Part shown: positions 46,521 to 56,428 of the stretch, piece by piece
How the letters are laid out: each line of letters begins with the position of its first letter
How positions within the stretch are numbered: position 1 is the stretch's first letter
DNA from: an uncultured Eubacteriales bacterium
GTDB taxonomy: Bacteria; Bacillota; Clostridia; Oscillospirales; Oscillospiraceae
Length of the DNA stretch: 64,000 nucleotides
NCBI GenBank assembly: GCA_900548625.1
Contig: URLO01000001.1
Span: 117,207-181,206, forward strand
Direction of reading: 5' to 3'
Translations under genes and position numbers: made by a program
The notes under the pieces: generated by a model
Database searches by the model: none
Told to the model about the DNA's origin: nothing
Seen by the model: the letters and a program-made list of their open reading frames with translations, nothing else

Positions 46521-47653
46521 TGATAACCTTGCTGATTTCTGTATTTGTCCTGACCATATCCTGCGTGCTGGGTTGGATCGTGGCCAAAATCAGCCGGAAG
46601 CTGAAGCACAAGAGCCTGATCACGGTTCTTATTTCGTTGGTGGTTATCGGCGCATATTATTTTGTGTATTTCAAGGCACAGGGCATGATTCAGGATTTGC
46701 TGGCAAATGCCACGGTTTATGGCGCACGGATCAAAGGCGCTGCCTATCCTGTGTACCTGTTTGGAAGTGTTGGAATTGGCGATGTCCGGGCATCCGCAAT
46801 TGTTTCTGCGGCGGTTGCTGTGCTGTTTTCACTGATGCGGGTACTGCTTTCCCGCAGCTTTTTGCGGATTGCAACCGCTACGGGAAAAGTGGCACGCAGA
46901 GAATACCGGGAGACGCACAGCAGGCACCGAAGCGTCAACACAGCACTGCTGTGCCGGGAATTTTCCCGCTTCACCGCAAATCCCAACTATATGCTCAACT
47001 GCGGCCTTGGAACATTCCTGATGCCGGTTTGTGCAGTCGCTGTGCTGTGGAAGGGTGGTGCGCTGTTTTCCGTGTTGAACGCCATGTTTGCTGAAACGCC
47101 AGACAGTGTACCATTCCTATTGTGCGTGGTGTTTTGCGGTCTTGCGTCCATGAATTTAATGACAGCACCTTCTATATCCTTGGAGGGAAAAAGCCTATGG
47201 CTTCTGCAATCTCTACCGGTGGAGCCTTGGAGGATTTTTCGGGCAAAAATCGAGATGCAGCTTCTTTTAACCGGCTTGCCCCTGCTCCTGTGTATTGCTT
47301 GCACGGCGGCAGTTTATCCCCTGCATCCGATGCAGCTGCTGGTGTTTCTTCTTTTTGAAGGCTCCTTTGTACTGCTCATGGCGCTGGTTGGCTTGCTCCT
47401 TGGTGTCAAAATGCCGACATTGACATGGACAAATGAGATCGTGCCCATCAAGCAAGGAGGCGCGGTCATGCTCACATTGTTTGGCGGTTTCGGATATATC
47501 GTGCTGCTGTTCGTGGGATTTATGCTCCTGCCCGGATGGATGCTGGGCTTTTGCAGATATATGAGCTGCTTTGTGGCTGCAAATCTTTTCTTATCCGTCT
47601 TGGCCTACCTTTGGCTGCGGAAGAAAGGTGTTGCCCGCTTTTCAGCTCTTTAA
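46397..47653 (+). CDS. multi-TM membrane protein, putative ABC exporter permease (ABC_export-like); true start uncertain
   Basis: Frame 2 becomes protein-like from ~46470 (LGLPAVLGGLLITLLISVFVL...). Many TM helices. ALLCREFSRFTANPNYMLN motif region. Confidence 0.4.
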   Translation: MSLFWLRLLPTTSFMRAHICCMPCSPAYLSKLGLPAVLGGLLITLLISVFVLTISCVLGWIVAKISRKLKHKSLITVLISLVVIGAYYFVYFKAQGMIQDLLANATVYGARIKGAAYPVYLFGSVGIGDVRASAIVSAAVAVLFSLMRVLLSRSFLRIATATGKVARREYRETHSRHRSVNTALLCREFSRFTANPNYMLNCGLGTFLMPVCAVAVLWKGGALFSVLNAMFAETPDSVPFLLCVVFCGLASMNLMTAPSISLEGKSLWLLQSLPVEPWRIFRAKIEMQLLLTGLPLLLCIACTAAVYPLHPMQLLVFLLFEGSFVLLMALVGLLLGVKMPTLTWTNEIVPIKQGGAVMLTLFGGFGYIVLLFVGFMLLPGWMLGFCRYMSCFVAANLFLSVLAYLWLRKKGVARFSAL

Positions 47654-47682
47654 TGGAAAAACAACAAATTTTAGGAGGAGCT

Positions 47683-48261
47683 ATGAAACATTACAAGAAA
47701 ACAATGACGATGCTGCTGACCACAGCGGTATTGCTGGTATCTGTCTTTATGACGGGATGCACCAAACTGTCGGAAACTCCCAACAGCACCCCATCCGGGA
47801 CAGACGCGCCTGCCGAATCCGATGGATTTGGCGTATATGTCAAGCTGGAGCGCGATGATGCCAGCTCTATCGCCCTGCACGGCGGCAGCAGCTTTACAAA
47901 GGTATGTGAAAATGCGGATGGTTCGCTGTTAAAGGTCGGCGAATGGCTTTTCACCGGGGACGATATTGTGCAGCTCTCCAAGGAAGAAAACAGCTCCGTC
48001 CTCTTTACCGTTCGTGCGCATGATGCTGACGATATGCTGCTGGGAGAAGGTACGTTTCTTTACGATGTGACGCAGGAAAAGCTGTATGTCACCATTTCTG
48101 AGGACGGTGTGACCTGTTCCACCTCTGACGCAGCCGATGCCTTGGCAGATGTGCCGCCGGTGCTGACGCTCCCCATTCTGGATGAAATCGACACAAGTGT
48201 TACGGTTGGAACATCCGGTTCTTCGCTGCTGGCTGTGCAGGCGGCGGGGCTTCGCGGATGA
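47683..48261 (+). CDS. lipoprotein
   Basis: AGGAGG RBS; signal peptide with lipobox MTGC; Ser/Thr/Asp-rich. Confidence 0.5.
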   Translation: MKHYKKTMTMLLTTAVLLVSVFMTGCTKLSETPNSTPSGTDAPAESDGFGVYVKLERDDASSIALHGGSSFTKVCENADGSLLKVGEWLFTGDDIVQLSKEENSSVLFTVRAHDADDMLLGEGTFLYDVTQEKLYVTISEDGVTCSTSDAADALADVPPVLTLPILDEIDTSVTVGTSGSSLLAVQAAGLRG

Positions 48262-48297
48262 TGCAGCCAGCCAATACGAAGAAAGGAAGTCCTGAAG

Positions 48298-48843
48298 ATG
48301 AATAACAGCTTGTTTGTCATAGAGCGCGCACGGGCAGAGGATGCGGCGGCCCTCTTGGATTATCTGAAAATCGTGGGCGGCGAAACCGAAAATCTCAGCT
48401 TCGGTGCGGAGGGAGTGCCGCTCGACCTTGAAACGGAGCAAGACTATCTGCGTTCGCAGTGCGAATCAGCGGACAATGTGCAGTATCTTGCCAAGGTATA
48501 TGGCGAGATCATCGGCACGGCAAGTCTGAACCGCAAGCCCCGGCGTATGAGCCATCGCGGAGAGTTCGGCATCAGTCTGAAAAAAGCGTGGTGGGGCTGC
48601 GGCGCGGCATCTGCGCTGACGGAAGCCGTTCTTTCCTTTGCCAAGGAAAACGGCTTCGAGCAGTTGAATCTGGAGGTGCGCAGCAGCAACGCCCGCGCCA
48701 TCAGGCTTTATGAGAAGTATGGCTTTCGGAAGCTATGTACGTTTCCCCATTTTTTCAAGATCAATGGAGAATATATTGATTTTGACCTGATGAATCTCGA
48801 ACTGAACACAGCAGATGACCGCATAGAGGGAAATATGAGATGA
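48298..48843 (+). CDS. GNAT-family N-acetyltransferase
   Basis: Acetyl-CoA binding pattern (RGEFGISL...WWGCGAASALTEAV...LEVRSSNARAIRLYEKYGF). Confidence 0.7.
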   Translation: MNNSLFVIERARAEDAAALLDYLKIVGGETENLSFGAEGVPLDLETEQDYLRSQCESADNVQYLAKVYGEIIGTASLNRKPRRMSHRGEFGISLKKAWWGCGAASALTEAVLSFAKENGFEQLNLEVRSSNARAIRLYEKYGFRKLCTFPHFFKINGEYIDFDLMNLELNTADDRIEGNMR

Positions 48844-49631
48844 AAGCAATTACCGTAGAAGCATTATCAAAAACCTTTTCCGGAGGAACCGTTGCGGTTG
48901 ATAGAATCAGGTTCTCATTGAATCAGGGAGAGATCTTCGGATTCTTGGGGCCAAACGGAGCGGGAAAAACCACGACCGTGAAACTGCTTTGCGGTATGCT
49001 GACCCCATCAGGCGGAAAATGTCAGGTGCTGGGGATTGACCCCACCCAAAACCCGGAGCAGCTGCATAAAAAGGTCGGCGTAGCAACAGAACATGCCCAA
49101 ATGTACGATCACATGACAGCTTTGGAGAATCTGCAATTTTACGGCACTCTTTTTGGCATGAGCCGTTTGGAATGTGCAGATAGAGCAAAACTGCTCTTAC
49201 ATCGACTGGAACTGGCAGATGTAATGGATCGCAAGTTGGCCACTTATTCTACCGGTATGCGCCAGCGGCTTTCTTTGGCCAGAGCATTACTTCACCGTCC
49301 GCAGATTTTGTTTCTGGATGAGCCGACCTCCGGCCTTGACCCCGAAAGCGCTCAGAATGTAAATTCTCTGATTCAGGAGCAGGCTGCCGAAGGAATCACC
49401 GTATTTCTCTGTACGCATCAGTTTCGGTATGCGCAGGAAATCTGTACGACATACGGACTTATGGATAAAGGGCATTTGTTCGCTACGGAAAATATTACCG
49501 AACTACGCGCTATGGTGAGCAGAAATCGCAGGGTGCGTGTGAAAGCAAGCTGCTTGCCAAAGGACATGATATATCAAGAAATCGGAGATCACATCTATGA
49601 TAGCAGTCCAGCTGGTTTTTTAGCTTGGTGA
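48840..49631 (+). CDS. ABC transporter ATP-binding protein
   Basis: Walker A GPNGAGKTT, signature YSTGMRQRLSLA, Walker B ILFLDEPTSGLD. 3' end overlaps the convergent peptidase gene by ~120 nt. Confidence 0.8.
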   Translation: MKAITVEALSKTFSGGTVAVDRIRFSLNQGEIFGFLGPNGAGKTTTVKLLCGMLTPSGGKCQVLGIDPTQNPEQLHKKVGVATEHAQMYDHMTALENLQFYGTLFGMSRLECADRAKLLLHRLELADVMDRKLATYSTGMRQRLSLARALLHRPQILFLDEPTSGLDPESAQNVNSLIQEQAAEGITVFLCTHQFRYAQEICTTYGLMDKGHLFATENITELRAMVSRNRRVRVKASCLPKDMIYQEIGDHIYDSSPAGFLAW

Positions 49632-50589
49632 TGCCGTGTCCCTCGTCCTCATAGCAAAGGTATTCTACAGTATGACCCTTCTCACGCAGGGTGCCGACGA
49701 CCTGCTCGGCCTCCTCGGCTGGGACGCGGGGGTCGTTCCGGCCCTGAATGACCATGAGCGGCGCCTGAATGTCGTCGACCTTTGCGATGGGCGATACGGC
49801 GCGGAGGATCTCCCGGTGGTGCGCCAGAGAGCCGTATTCGCTTTCGCGGTGTGCGCGGCGGTATTCTGCCGTATTTTCAAGGAAGGTCTCGAGGTTGTAC
49901 ATACCTACGGTGTCGATGGCGCAGCACCAGCGATCCGGCAGGCGCGTGGCGCAGGAAAGCGTCATGAAGCCGCCGTAGCTCGTGCCCGTGACCGCCATGC
50001 GGGCCGGGTCTGCGATGCCCTCGCCGACCAGATAATCCACCAGACTGCCGATGTCCTTCACGCTGTCCAGACGCTTTTCCACATCGTCCAGATGCGTGTA
50101 GGTCTTGCCGTAGCCGGTAGAGCCGCGGACGTTGGGCGCTGCCACAGCAATGCCCTCGCCGACCAGATACTGGATGAAGGGCGTGAAGGTGGGAAGCTCC
50201 TGTCCTTCGGGGCCGCCGTGGATCTCCACGACCACGGGGAGGTTTTTCCGCTCAGCGCCGTGCGGCACATAGAGCCAGAAGGGGACCTCCAGTCCGTCAA
50301 AGGAGCGGAAGTGCAGAAGCTGCGGCTCTGCCAGCATGTCGGTGGACAGACCGTGCAGATCCGAATAGGTCAGCGGCCGCAGCACATCCTTGTCCAGGTC
50401 GAGCAGCCAGACGTTTTCGGGGCGCTTTCCGCTGCTGAGCGTAAAGAGCAGGCGATGCGCCGCAGGCGACCAGGAGAGGGTGCCGTAGGAGCTGACCGCG
50501 CCGGCCGGAGGCTGGGGCGCGTTGACCTCGCAGTTGCCCTCCAGATCAAAGATGTGCAGCTTGTAATAGCCGTCCTCATTGACCGTCAT
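49510..50589 (-). pseudogene. S9 (prolyl oligopeptidase) family peptidase, catalytic domain only; N-terminal beta-propeller mostly absent
   Basis: GTSYGGFMT nucleophile elbow, catalytic D and H (EDEGHG). An in-frame upstream extension hits a TGA only ~30 codons before the M. The translation begins inside a propeller blade. Confidence 0.45.
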
Positions 50590-50913
50590 GGCCAGATACT
50601 GGAAATTGATGAAAGAATACCGATTTCCTCCCAGAAGAGTGCCGCGCGATACAACGTGCGCGTAGAGCGTTTTCGCACACGACAGTGTGCGGATTCCTGT
50701 ACGGGTAAACCCCTGTTTTCATCTGCATTTCCGGGTGAAAATGGGGGTTTGAGGTTTCGGTCTGTATTTCTCCGCGGCTCTGCGGAGCGCGCTCTACCGG
50801 ATGGAGCGGCGCAGGCCCGGCATTTGGGTGCCCCATTCTCCGGAGAATGTGCTATAATCTCCGATATAAGGGCGCGATGCCCGCCGCTGATCGCAAACAA
50901 AGGAGGCAGCATG

Positions 50914-52245
50914 TCAATGACGGATATAACGCAGCTGGAGAAGAACGTGCCGGTCCTGCGCGAAATACGCGCCGGAAACGAAGTATTCTGGATGAATCCG
51001 GAGAAAACCGGCTGTGATGAGGCCATGCGGCACATCGAGCTGACCATGGAGGACGTCGAGGATGCAGAGCGGAGATTGCAGCGCTTCGCGCCGTTTATCC
51101 GGGCCTGCTTCCCGGAGACCGAGGAGACGGGCGGACTGATCGAATCGGCGCTTACGCCGATCCTGGGCATGAAGGCGCTGCTGAACGAGCGCTATGGCAG
51201 CCGGTTGCAGGGTGCGCTCCTGCTCAAGCAGGACAGCCATCTGGCGATCGCCGGCTCCGTGAAGGCGCGCGGCGGCATTTACGAGGTCCTGAAGCATACG
51301 GAGGAGCTTGCGCTGGAGCACGGTCTTCTGACGCCGGAGGACAGCTACGAACGGCTCTCGTCGGAGGAATGCAGGCAGTTTTTTAAGCAGTATACGATTC
51401 AGGTCGGCTCGACCGGCAATCTCGGCCTGAGCATCGGCATCATGAGCGCCGCCATCGGCTACCAGGTCATCGTACACATGTCGGCAGACGCAAAGCAGTG
51501 GAAAAAGGAGCTCCTGCGGAGCCACGGCGTCACGGTCCGGGAATACGCGGCGGATTACAGCGAGGCCGTGAAAAACGGCAGGGCGCTGTCTGCCCGGGAC
51601 CCGCGGAGCTATTTTGTGGACGACGAGAACTCCAGGACGCTGTTTCTCGGCTATGCAGTGGCAGCCAAGCGCCTGCAAAAGCAGCTGGAGGCGCAAAGCA
51701 TCGCCGTGGATGCCGCGCATCCGCTCTTTGTCTACATTCCGTGCGGTGTGGGCGGCGCGCCGGGCGGCGTGAGCTTCGGGCTGAAGCTCCTGTTCGGCGA
51801 CAGCGTGCATTGCTTTTTCGTGGAGCCCACGCAGGCGCCCTGTATGCTGCTGGGCATGGCGACGGGACAAAATCAGGACATTTCGGTGCAGGACATCGGC
51901 CTTACGGGGCTGACGCACGCCGATGGGCTTGCGGTGGGGCGGCCCTCCGGATTTGTGGGCAGGGTCATGAAGCACCTGCTCAGCGGCGAGTTCACCATCC
52001 GGGACGGAAAGCTCTATGATTACATGCGTGACCTGCTTGCCTCTGAGCAGATCTTCCTGGAGCCGAGCGCCTGCGCCGCCTTTGAGGGGCCTGTGCGCAT
52101 GGAGCGCGACGAGCAGACGCAGAAATACCTGCTGGACAATCACCTCATGGGCAGTATGCAGAATGCAGTGCACATCGCATGGGCAACGGGCGGCAGCCTG
52201 GTCCCGGAGGAGATTCGCGAGGAATACAAAAATACATATCTCTGA
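50914..52245 (+). CDS. dsdA: D-serine ammonia-lyase (D-serine dehydratase)
   Basis: N-terminus MSMTDITQLEKNVPVLREI...; PLP-lysine motif SGSVKARGGIYEV; 443 aa; AAAGGAGG RBS. Extended -10 TGcTATAAT upstream. Bidirectional terminator at 52261-52306. Confidence 0.85.
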   Translation, partial: SMTDITQLEKNVPVLREIRAGNEVFWMNPEKTGCDEAMRHIELTMEDVEDAERRLQRFAPFIRACFPETEETGGLIESALTPILGMKALLNERYGSRLQGALLLKQDSHLAIAGSVKARGGIYEVLKHTEELALEHGLLTPEDSYERLSSEECRQFFKQYTIQVGSTGNLGLSIGIMSAAIGYQVIVHMSADAKQWKKELLRSHGVTVREYAADYSEAVKNGRALSARDPRSYFVDDENSRTLFLGYAVAAKRLQKQLEAQSIAVDAAHPLFVYIPCGVGGAPGGVSFGLKLLFGDSVHCFFVEPTQAPCMLLGMATGQNQDISVQDIGLTGLTHADGLAVGRPSGFVGRVMKHLLSGEFTIRDGKLYDYMRDLLASEQIFLEPSACAAFEGPVRMERDEQTQKYLLDNHLMGSMQNAVHIAWATGGSLVPEEIREEYKNTYL

Positions 52246-52260
52246 GCGAACGGCATGAAT

Positions 52261-52306
52261 AAAAACCCCGTTTTCGGATGCTTTCCATCCGAAAACGGGG
52301 GTTTTT
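52261..52306. terminator. bidirectional intrinsic terminator between dsdA and LysR
   Basis: aaaaaccccgttttcggatg-ctttc-catccgaaaacgggggttttt. Confidence 0.65.
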
Positions 52307-52318
52307 GACGTATGGCCG

Positions 52319-53245
52319 TTATGGATTTGCGAACATGGAGGAGAGCAGGCCGACGTATTCCTGCGCGATCTCCGAGAACGTCTCATTGCGGCGCTTGACA
52401 TAGCCGAAGCACAGCTCCGCGCTGCGGTCTTCAAACGGAAGCTCCACGAGCGTGGTGTCCTGATGCTGGTAACGGGCGGCGTAGAGATACTTGAGGGGGC
52501 CGACGGAAAAGGCCTTGCCCTGCCGGAGGATCTCCTGCGAGAGGATGTAGTCGGGGACGTCGATCAGGGTGTGGTGGTTGATGAGCTGCTGGTAGGATTC
52601 CAGCGCACGAAGATAGACCTCCATCGGCCTGTAGAGGACAAAGGGATACATCTTGCACATGTCGAGGCTGACGGAGCGCACATGATCCTTGACGAAGGGA
52701 TGGTTGTCGCCGACAATGACGCTGAAATGGGCGTTTCCGAGCGGGACAAACTCCAGTCCAAGCGAGGAAAAGATCTTCAGATGCAGACGGCTCTGATCCT
52801 TGACAAGACCGAGGATCCCGATGTCATACTGGTGGGAGGCAACACTTTGCGGAATGTCCTCAAAGGTGACGTTTGACACGCGCATCCGCAGAGGACGGTC
52901 GGAATAAGCCATGCAGAGCTCGGCAAAGGCCCAGCGGGCGATCGTCATATGGTGGCTGCACACCTTAAACTCCTCAATCGGGGCGTTCAGACTGTTTTCG
53001 CCGATCTCCTTGAGCAGGACATATTGCTTATAATATGGCTCGGCAAAGGCCATAAAATCCTTTCCGAAAGGCGTAAGCCGGACGCCGCTGGGCGTGCGGT
53101 AAAAAATCGGCTGATGAAATTCATCCTCAATGTTCTTTACGAGCATACTGAGATTCGGCTGCTGCACGTACAGCTTTTGTGCAGCCTTTCCGATCGAACC
53201 GCATTCCACGATTTCGATCAGCTGCTCGATCTGTTCAATACGCAT
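52319..53245 (-). CDS. LysR-family transcriptional regulator (DsdC-like), convergent with dsdA
   Basis: N-terminal HTH (IEIVECGSIGKAAQKLYVQQPNLSMLVKNIEDEF) plus LysR substrate-binding domain; 308 aa. Confidence 0.8.
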   Translation of the reverse strand: MRIEQIEQLIEIVECGSIGKAAQKLYVQQPNLSMLVKNIEDEFHQPIFYRTPSGVRLTPFGKDFMAFAEPYYKQYVLLKEIGENSLNAPIEEFKVCSHHMTIARWAFAELCMAYSDRPLRMRVSNVTFEDIPQSVASHQYDIGILGLVKDQSRLHLKIFSSLGLEFVPLGNAHFSVIVGDNHPFVKDHVRSVSLDMCKMYPFVLYRPMEVYLRALESYQQLINHHTLIDVPDYILSQEILRQGKAFSVGPLKYLYAARYQHQDTTLVELPFEDRSAELCFGYVKRRNETFSEIAQEYVGLLSSMFANP

Positions 53246-53352
53246 AGGGAAGCACCTCCGGGAACAGAAATACTATTGTGCCCATTATGGCACAAAATCC
53301 GCGCCGCGTCAAAGGGTTTCCGCGCCGAAGGGCGTCGGTGCGTATAAAAAAA

Positions 53353-53647
53353 CAGGGAACTGCCGTGATGGCAGTTCCCTGCTTCAGTCTGTCAAAAAAC
53401 CTCGTAGAGTTTCGCCGCGCACGGCGAAATAAAATGTAAATCGGTTTTGTCTGGCGGCGTGTACGTCAGACAAAACACGCTACGCCCGGCAAGTGTGGAA
53501 TTTGTGCGCAAAGCGCGTACAAATTATGCGCGCAGCCGGGTGCAGCCTTTTCAAACGCGAACCCAGCTCCGCGGTTCGCGTTTGAGAGCTTGTCAAAAAG
53601 ACTTTTTGACAAGCTCAGCAGGGAACTGCCGTGATGGCAGTTCCCTG
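53353..53647 (-). ncRNA. copy A of a ~300-nt multi-hairpin repeat element (candidate structured sRNA/3'UTR element), minus-strand orientation
   Basis: Bounded by an identical palindromic hairpin at both ends (cagggaactgcc-gtgat-ggcagttccctg). On the minus strand the left hairpin is followed by TTTTTTT. Four internal stems are retained in copy B with compensatory changes. Confidence 0.6.
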
Positions 53648-53674
53648 CTTGAATCGTCAGGATATTCGGCGGCG

Positions 53675-54940
53675 TCAGGCCTGCTCACCGGTTCCGTTCA
53701 GGTAGTCGAGCATCGTGCAGATATACACCTTGGTGATGTTCACGACGTCCAGAACCTCGGCGGTCTCGTTGTAGGAGTGGATGCCGGCGGCCGTAGACGG
53801 GCCGTATTGCAGGGTGGGGATGCCTTCGTAGCGGAAGAAGCGTGCATCGCTGCTTGCCCACTGATAGGTGCGGGTGAGCGGCTCGTTCCAGATTTCCTGC
53901 ACGTTTTTCGCCAGGATCTCCACGATTTCCGCGGTACGCGGCGTGTTGTTCGGCTCGGAGCGCCAGCCGAAGGAGTACTCCACACCGCTGACACCGGCTT
54001 CACGGATGATGCGGCAGATCTCCTCCTCCACGGTCAGCGTCGAGATGCCCAGCGGAACGCGGATATCGACCTCAGCCTCGGCATAGTCGGGGACCATGTT
54101 GATCTTGGTGCCGCCGCTGATCTTGCCGATGTTCACGGTGCAATGGTTGATGACGTGCGCCGCGCCCTTTGCGCTCAGACGGCGGCGGGCGTTGTTCTTG
54201 GAGTCCTCCATGACGCGCGCGATCTGCTCATCATAGCGGGCGGGGATGTCGCGAAGCTGCGTGATGCCGGAGAGGACTCTCAGCAGCTTTTCAATGGCGT
54301 TGTCGCCGACAAAGGGAGCCAGACTGCCGTGCGCCGGCGTACCGGTGGCGCTCAGCTTCAGCCAGCAGCAGCCCTTCTGACCGATCTCACAGTTGAAATA
54401 ACCGGAGGGCTCGGCAATGAGACAGGCGTCGCCGCGGATGGTGCCGCTCTCGACCAGCCACTTCGTACCCCAGGAGCCGCTGACTTCCTCGTCGGGCACA
54501 ACGGTCAGAACGAGCTCACCGTCAAGCGGAACCTTTCCGTCTGCCAGAAGACCCATGGCAAAGAGCAGACCGGCCAGACCGCACTTCATATCAGATGCGC
54601 CGCGGCCGAAGATCGTACCGTCGCGGATGTCACCGCAGAACGGGGCGAAGTCCCACTTTTCCAGATATCCGGGAGGGACAACGTCGGCGTGACCGTTGAG
54701 GATCAGGCGGCGGCCGCCCTTGCGGCCGAGCGTTGCGACGATGTTCGGCGTCGTGGGCGTCGGGCGGAGGACTTCATAGGAAATGCCGTGCTTGTCCAGA
54801 TAGCCGCAGATGAAGGAAGTGATGGCTTCCATTTCACCGGGAGGGTTGACGCTGGGGATCTTGATGAGATCGCTGCACAGCTGGAGCAGCTCGTCCTTGT
54901 GCTGTTCCACCAGGGCGCTGAAGTGGTTATGGTCAAACAT
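53675..54940 (-). CDS. M20-family metallopeptidase (ArgE/DapE/carboxypeptidase-like)
   Basis: HADVVP, GRGASDMKCG, EE(V)SG and dimerisation domain; ATG at 54940 (track start 55009 is TTG). Confidence 0.75.
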   Translation of the reverse strand: MFDHNHFSALVEQHKDELLQLCSDLIKIPSVNPPGEMEAITSFICGYLDKHGISYEVLRPTPTTPNIVATLGRKGGRRLILNGHADVVPPGYLEKWDFAPFCGDIRDGTIFGRGASDMKCGLAGLLFAMGLLADGKVPLDGELVLTVVPDEEVSGSWGTKWLVESGTIRGDACLIAEPSGYFNCEIGQKGCCWLKLSATGTPAHGSLAPFVGDNAIEKLLRVLSGITQLRDIPARYDEQIARVMEDSKNNARRRLSAKGAAHVINHCTVNIGKISGGTKINMVPDYAEAEVDIRVPLGISTLTVEEEICRIIREAGVSGVEYSFGWRSEPNNTPRTAEIVEILAKNVQEIWNEPLTRTYQWASSDARFFRYEGIPTLQYGPSTAAGIHSYNETAEVLDVVNITKVYICTMLDYLNGTGEQA

Positions 54941-55482
54941 TTGTGCTTGCCTGCTTTCTTTGAAATTAACCGGGCAGTGCCGCAAATTAAGATAAGGTCG
55001 CCGGGTCAATTAAAACTATACACCAGTGTACCGTCAAATTTATAGAGGAATTTGCAACAAGATTTTTCGGGCCGACTTGGTGAAAGTGCGCAGTCGCAAA
55101 AGTGCAGAAAATGGAATTTGCGCGGAAAACAGCTGTTTTTTGAACAAAAAAAGCATGTACGGTGCGAAAAAACAGGCGCAGAATATGGATAGCAATATAC
55201 AGAGTAAACCGCTGTTTTTTGCGGCTTTTTTTGTGCATAATTCATGAAAAATGCATAAAAAACCAAAACGACGGACAAAAGCAAGGAAGTGTTCGCACCA
55301 TGAGAACAGGCGTGGCGCGCGAAACAGTGCTGCGGGAGACGCGCGGATATGGGAAACAATATGGAATTTCATATTAGTCAAAACTGCCACATGACGCTAT
55401 AATTTTCATATAGCCTTTCGGCAATATGACTGTTGGCATAGGCATATCGGAACACGGCTATATTTGAGGAGGGATTGAGAAC

Positions 55483-56427
55483 ATGTTATTGAAAGAAATT
55501 CTGAATGTCTACGACCTGCTGGACAGCGCGACTGCGAACGGTGATGCGGTAGCAAACTATCTGAAGAGCATCCGTGCAGACGCGAACGTCGAGGTCGTTC
55601 ACATCGACACCCCCAAGGGCTCGACCGATGTTGTCCGCGTGCTTGTCGCCGGTGCAAACGGACGCAGCGTGGGTGGTTCCGCTCCCACGATCGGCCTCAT
55701 GGGCTGGCTCGGCGGCATTGGGGCCCGTCCCGGTGCAGTCGGCTATGTTTCTGACGGCGACGGCGCTCTGGTGGCGCTGGCGATCGCGGCCAAGCTGCTG
55801 GATATGCAGAACAAGGGCGACCGTCTCGAAGGCGACGTCTATCTGGCAACGCACATCTGCCCCTGCGCACCGACCCGTCCCCACGATCCGGTGCCCCTGA
55901 TGGACTCCGAACCGTTCCGCGATCAGGTCAAGCGCGAAGCGTTCGCAAGCGCAGAGCAGATCGATGCTCTGATGTCCTGCGACACGACCAAGGGAAACCA
56001 CATCATCAACGCCCGCGGCTTTGCGATCTCCCCCACCGTCAAGGAAGGCTACATCCTGAAGGTCAGCAAGGATCTGCTGGATGTCTATCAGAATACGGTT
56101 GGAGAGCTGCCCAAGGTCTTTGCCATCACGAATCAGGACATCACGCCCTACGGAAACGGCATCGATCACCTGAACGGCATCATGCAGCCCAGCACCATGA
56201 CCTCCGCGCCGATGGTTGGCGTGGCGATCACGGCCGTATCCGCCGTCCCCGGCTGTGCCACTGGCGCGACCCATTTCACGGACGTGGAGGAAGCGGCTCG
56301 CTTCATGCTCGAGGTAGCCAAGGGCTTCGGCGCCGGCAAGGTCAAGTTCTACGATGCCGCCGAGTATGAGAAGATCCTGCACCGTTACGGTTCCCTGCGT
56401 CATCTGCAGACCATGGGAAATGCGTGA
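55483..56427 (+). CDS. DUF1177-family protein
   Basis: 314 aa, Gly/Ala-rich soluble protein. Sits in the conserved DUF1177-AroM-OPT neighbourhood. Confidence 0.45.
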   Translation: MLLKEILNVYDLLDSATANGDAVANYLKSIRADANVEVVHIDTPKGSTDVVRVLVAGANGRSVGGSAPTIGLMGWLGGIGARPGAVGYVSDGDGALVALAIAAKLLDMQNKGDRLEGDVYLATHICPCAPTRPHDPVPLMDSEPFRDQVKREAFASAEQIDALMSCDTTKGNHIINARGFAISPTVKEGYILKVSKDLLDVYQNTVGELPKVFAITNQDITPYGNGIDHLNGIMQPSTMTSAPMVGVAITAVSAVPGCATGATHFTDVEEAARFMLEVAKGFGAGKVKFYDAAEYEKILHRYGSLRHLQTMGNA

Positions 56428-56428
56428 T

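Noticed and set aside
49636-52434. 869-aa plus-strand ORF 49636-52245 and 506-aa minus ORF 50914-52434
   Set aside because: Only the 3' 443 codons (dsdA, from ATG 50914 with AAAGGAGG RBS) are protein-like. The 5' part is antisense to the S9 peptidase, and the minus ORF is the antisense of dsdA.
53447-55045. 532-aa plus ORF antisense to the M20 peptidase; 57162-58226 minus ORF antisense to the OPT transporter; 60178-61629 and 62380-63603 plus ORFs antisense to pyr genes
   Set aside because: Shadow ORFs; the opposite strand encodes recognisable enzymes.
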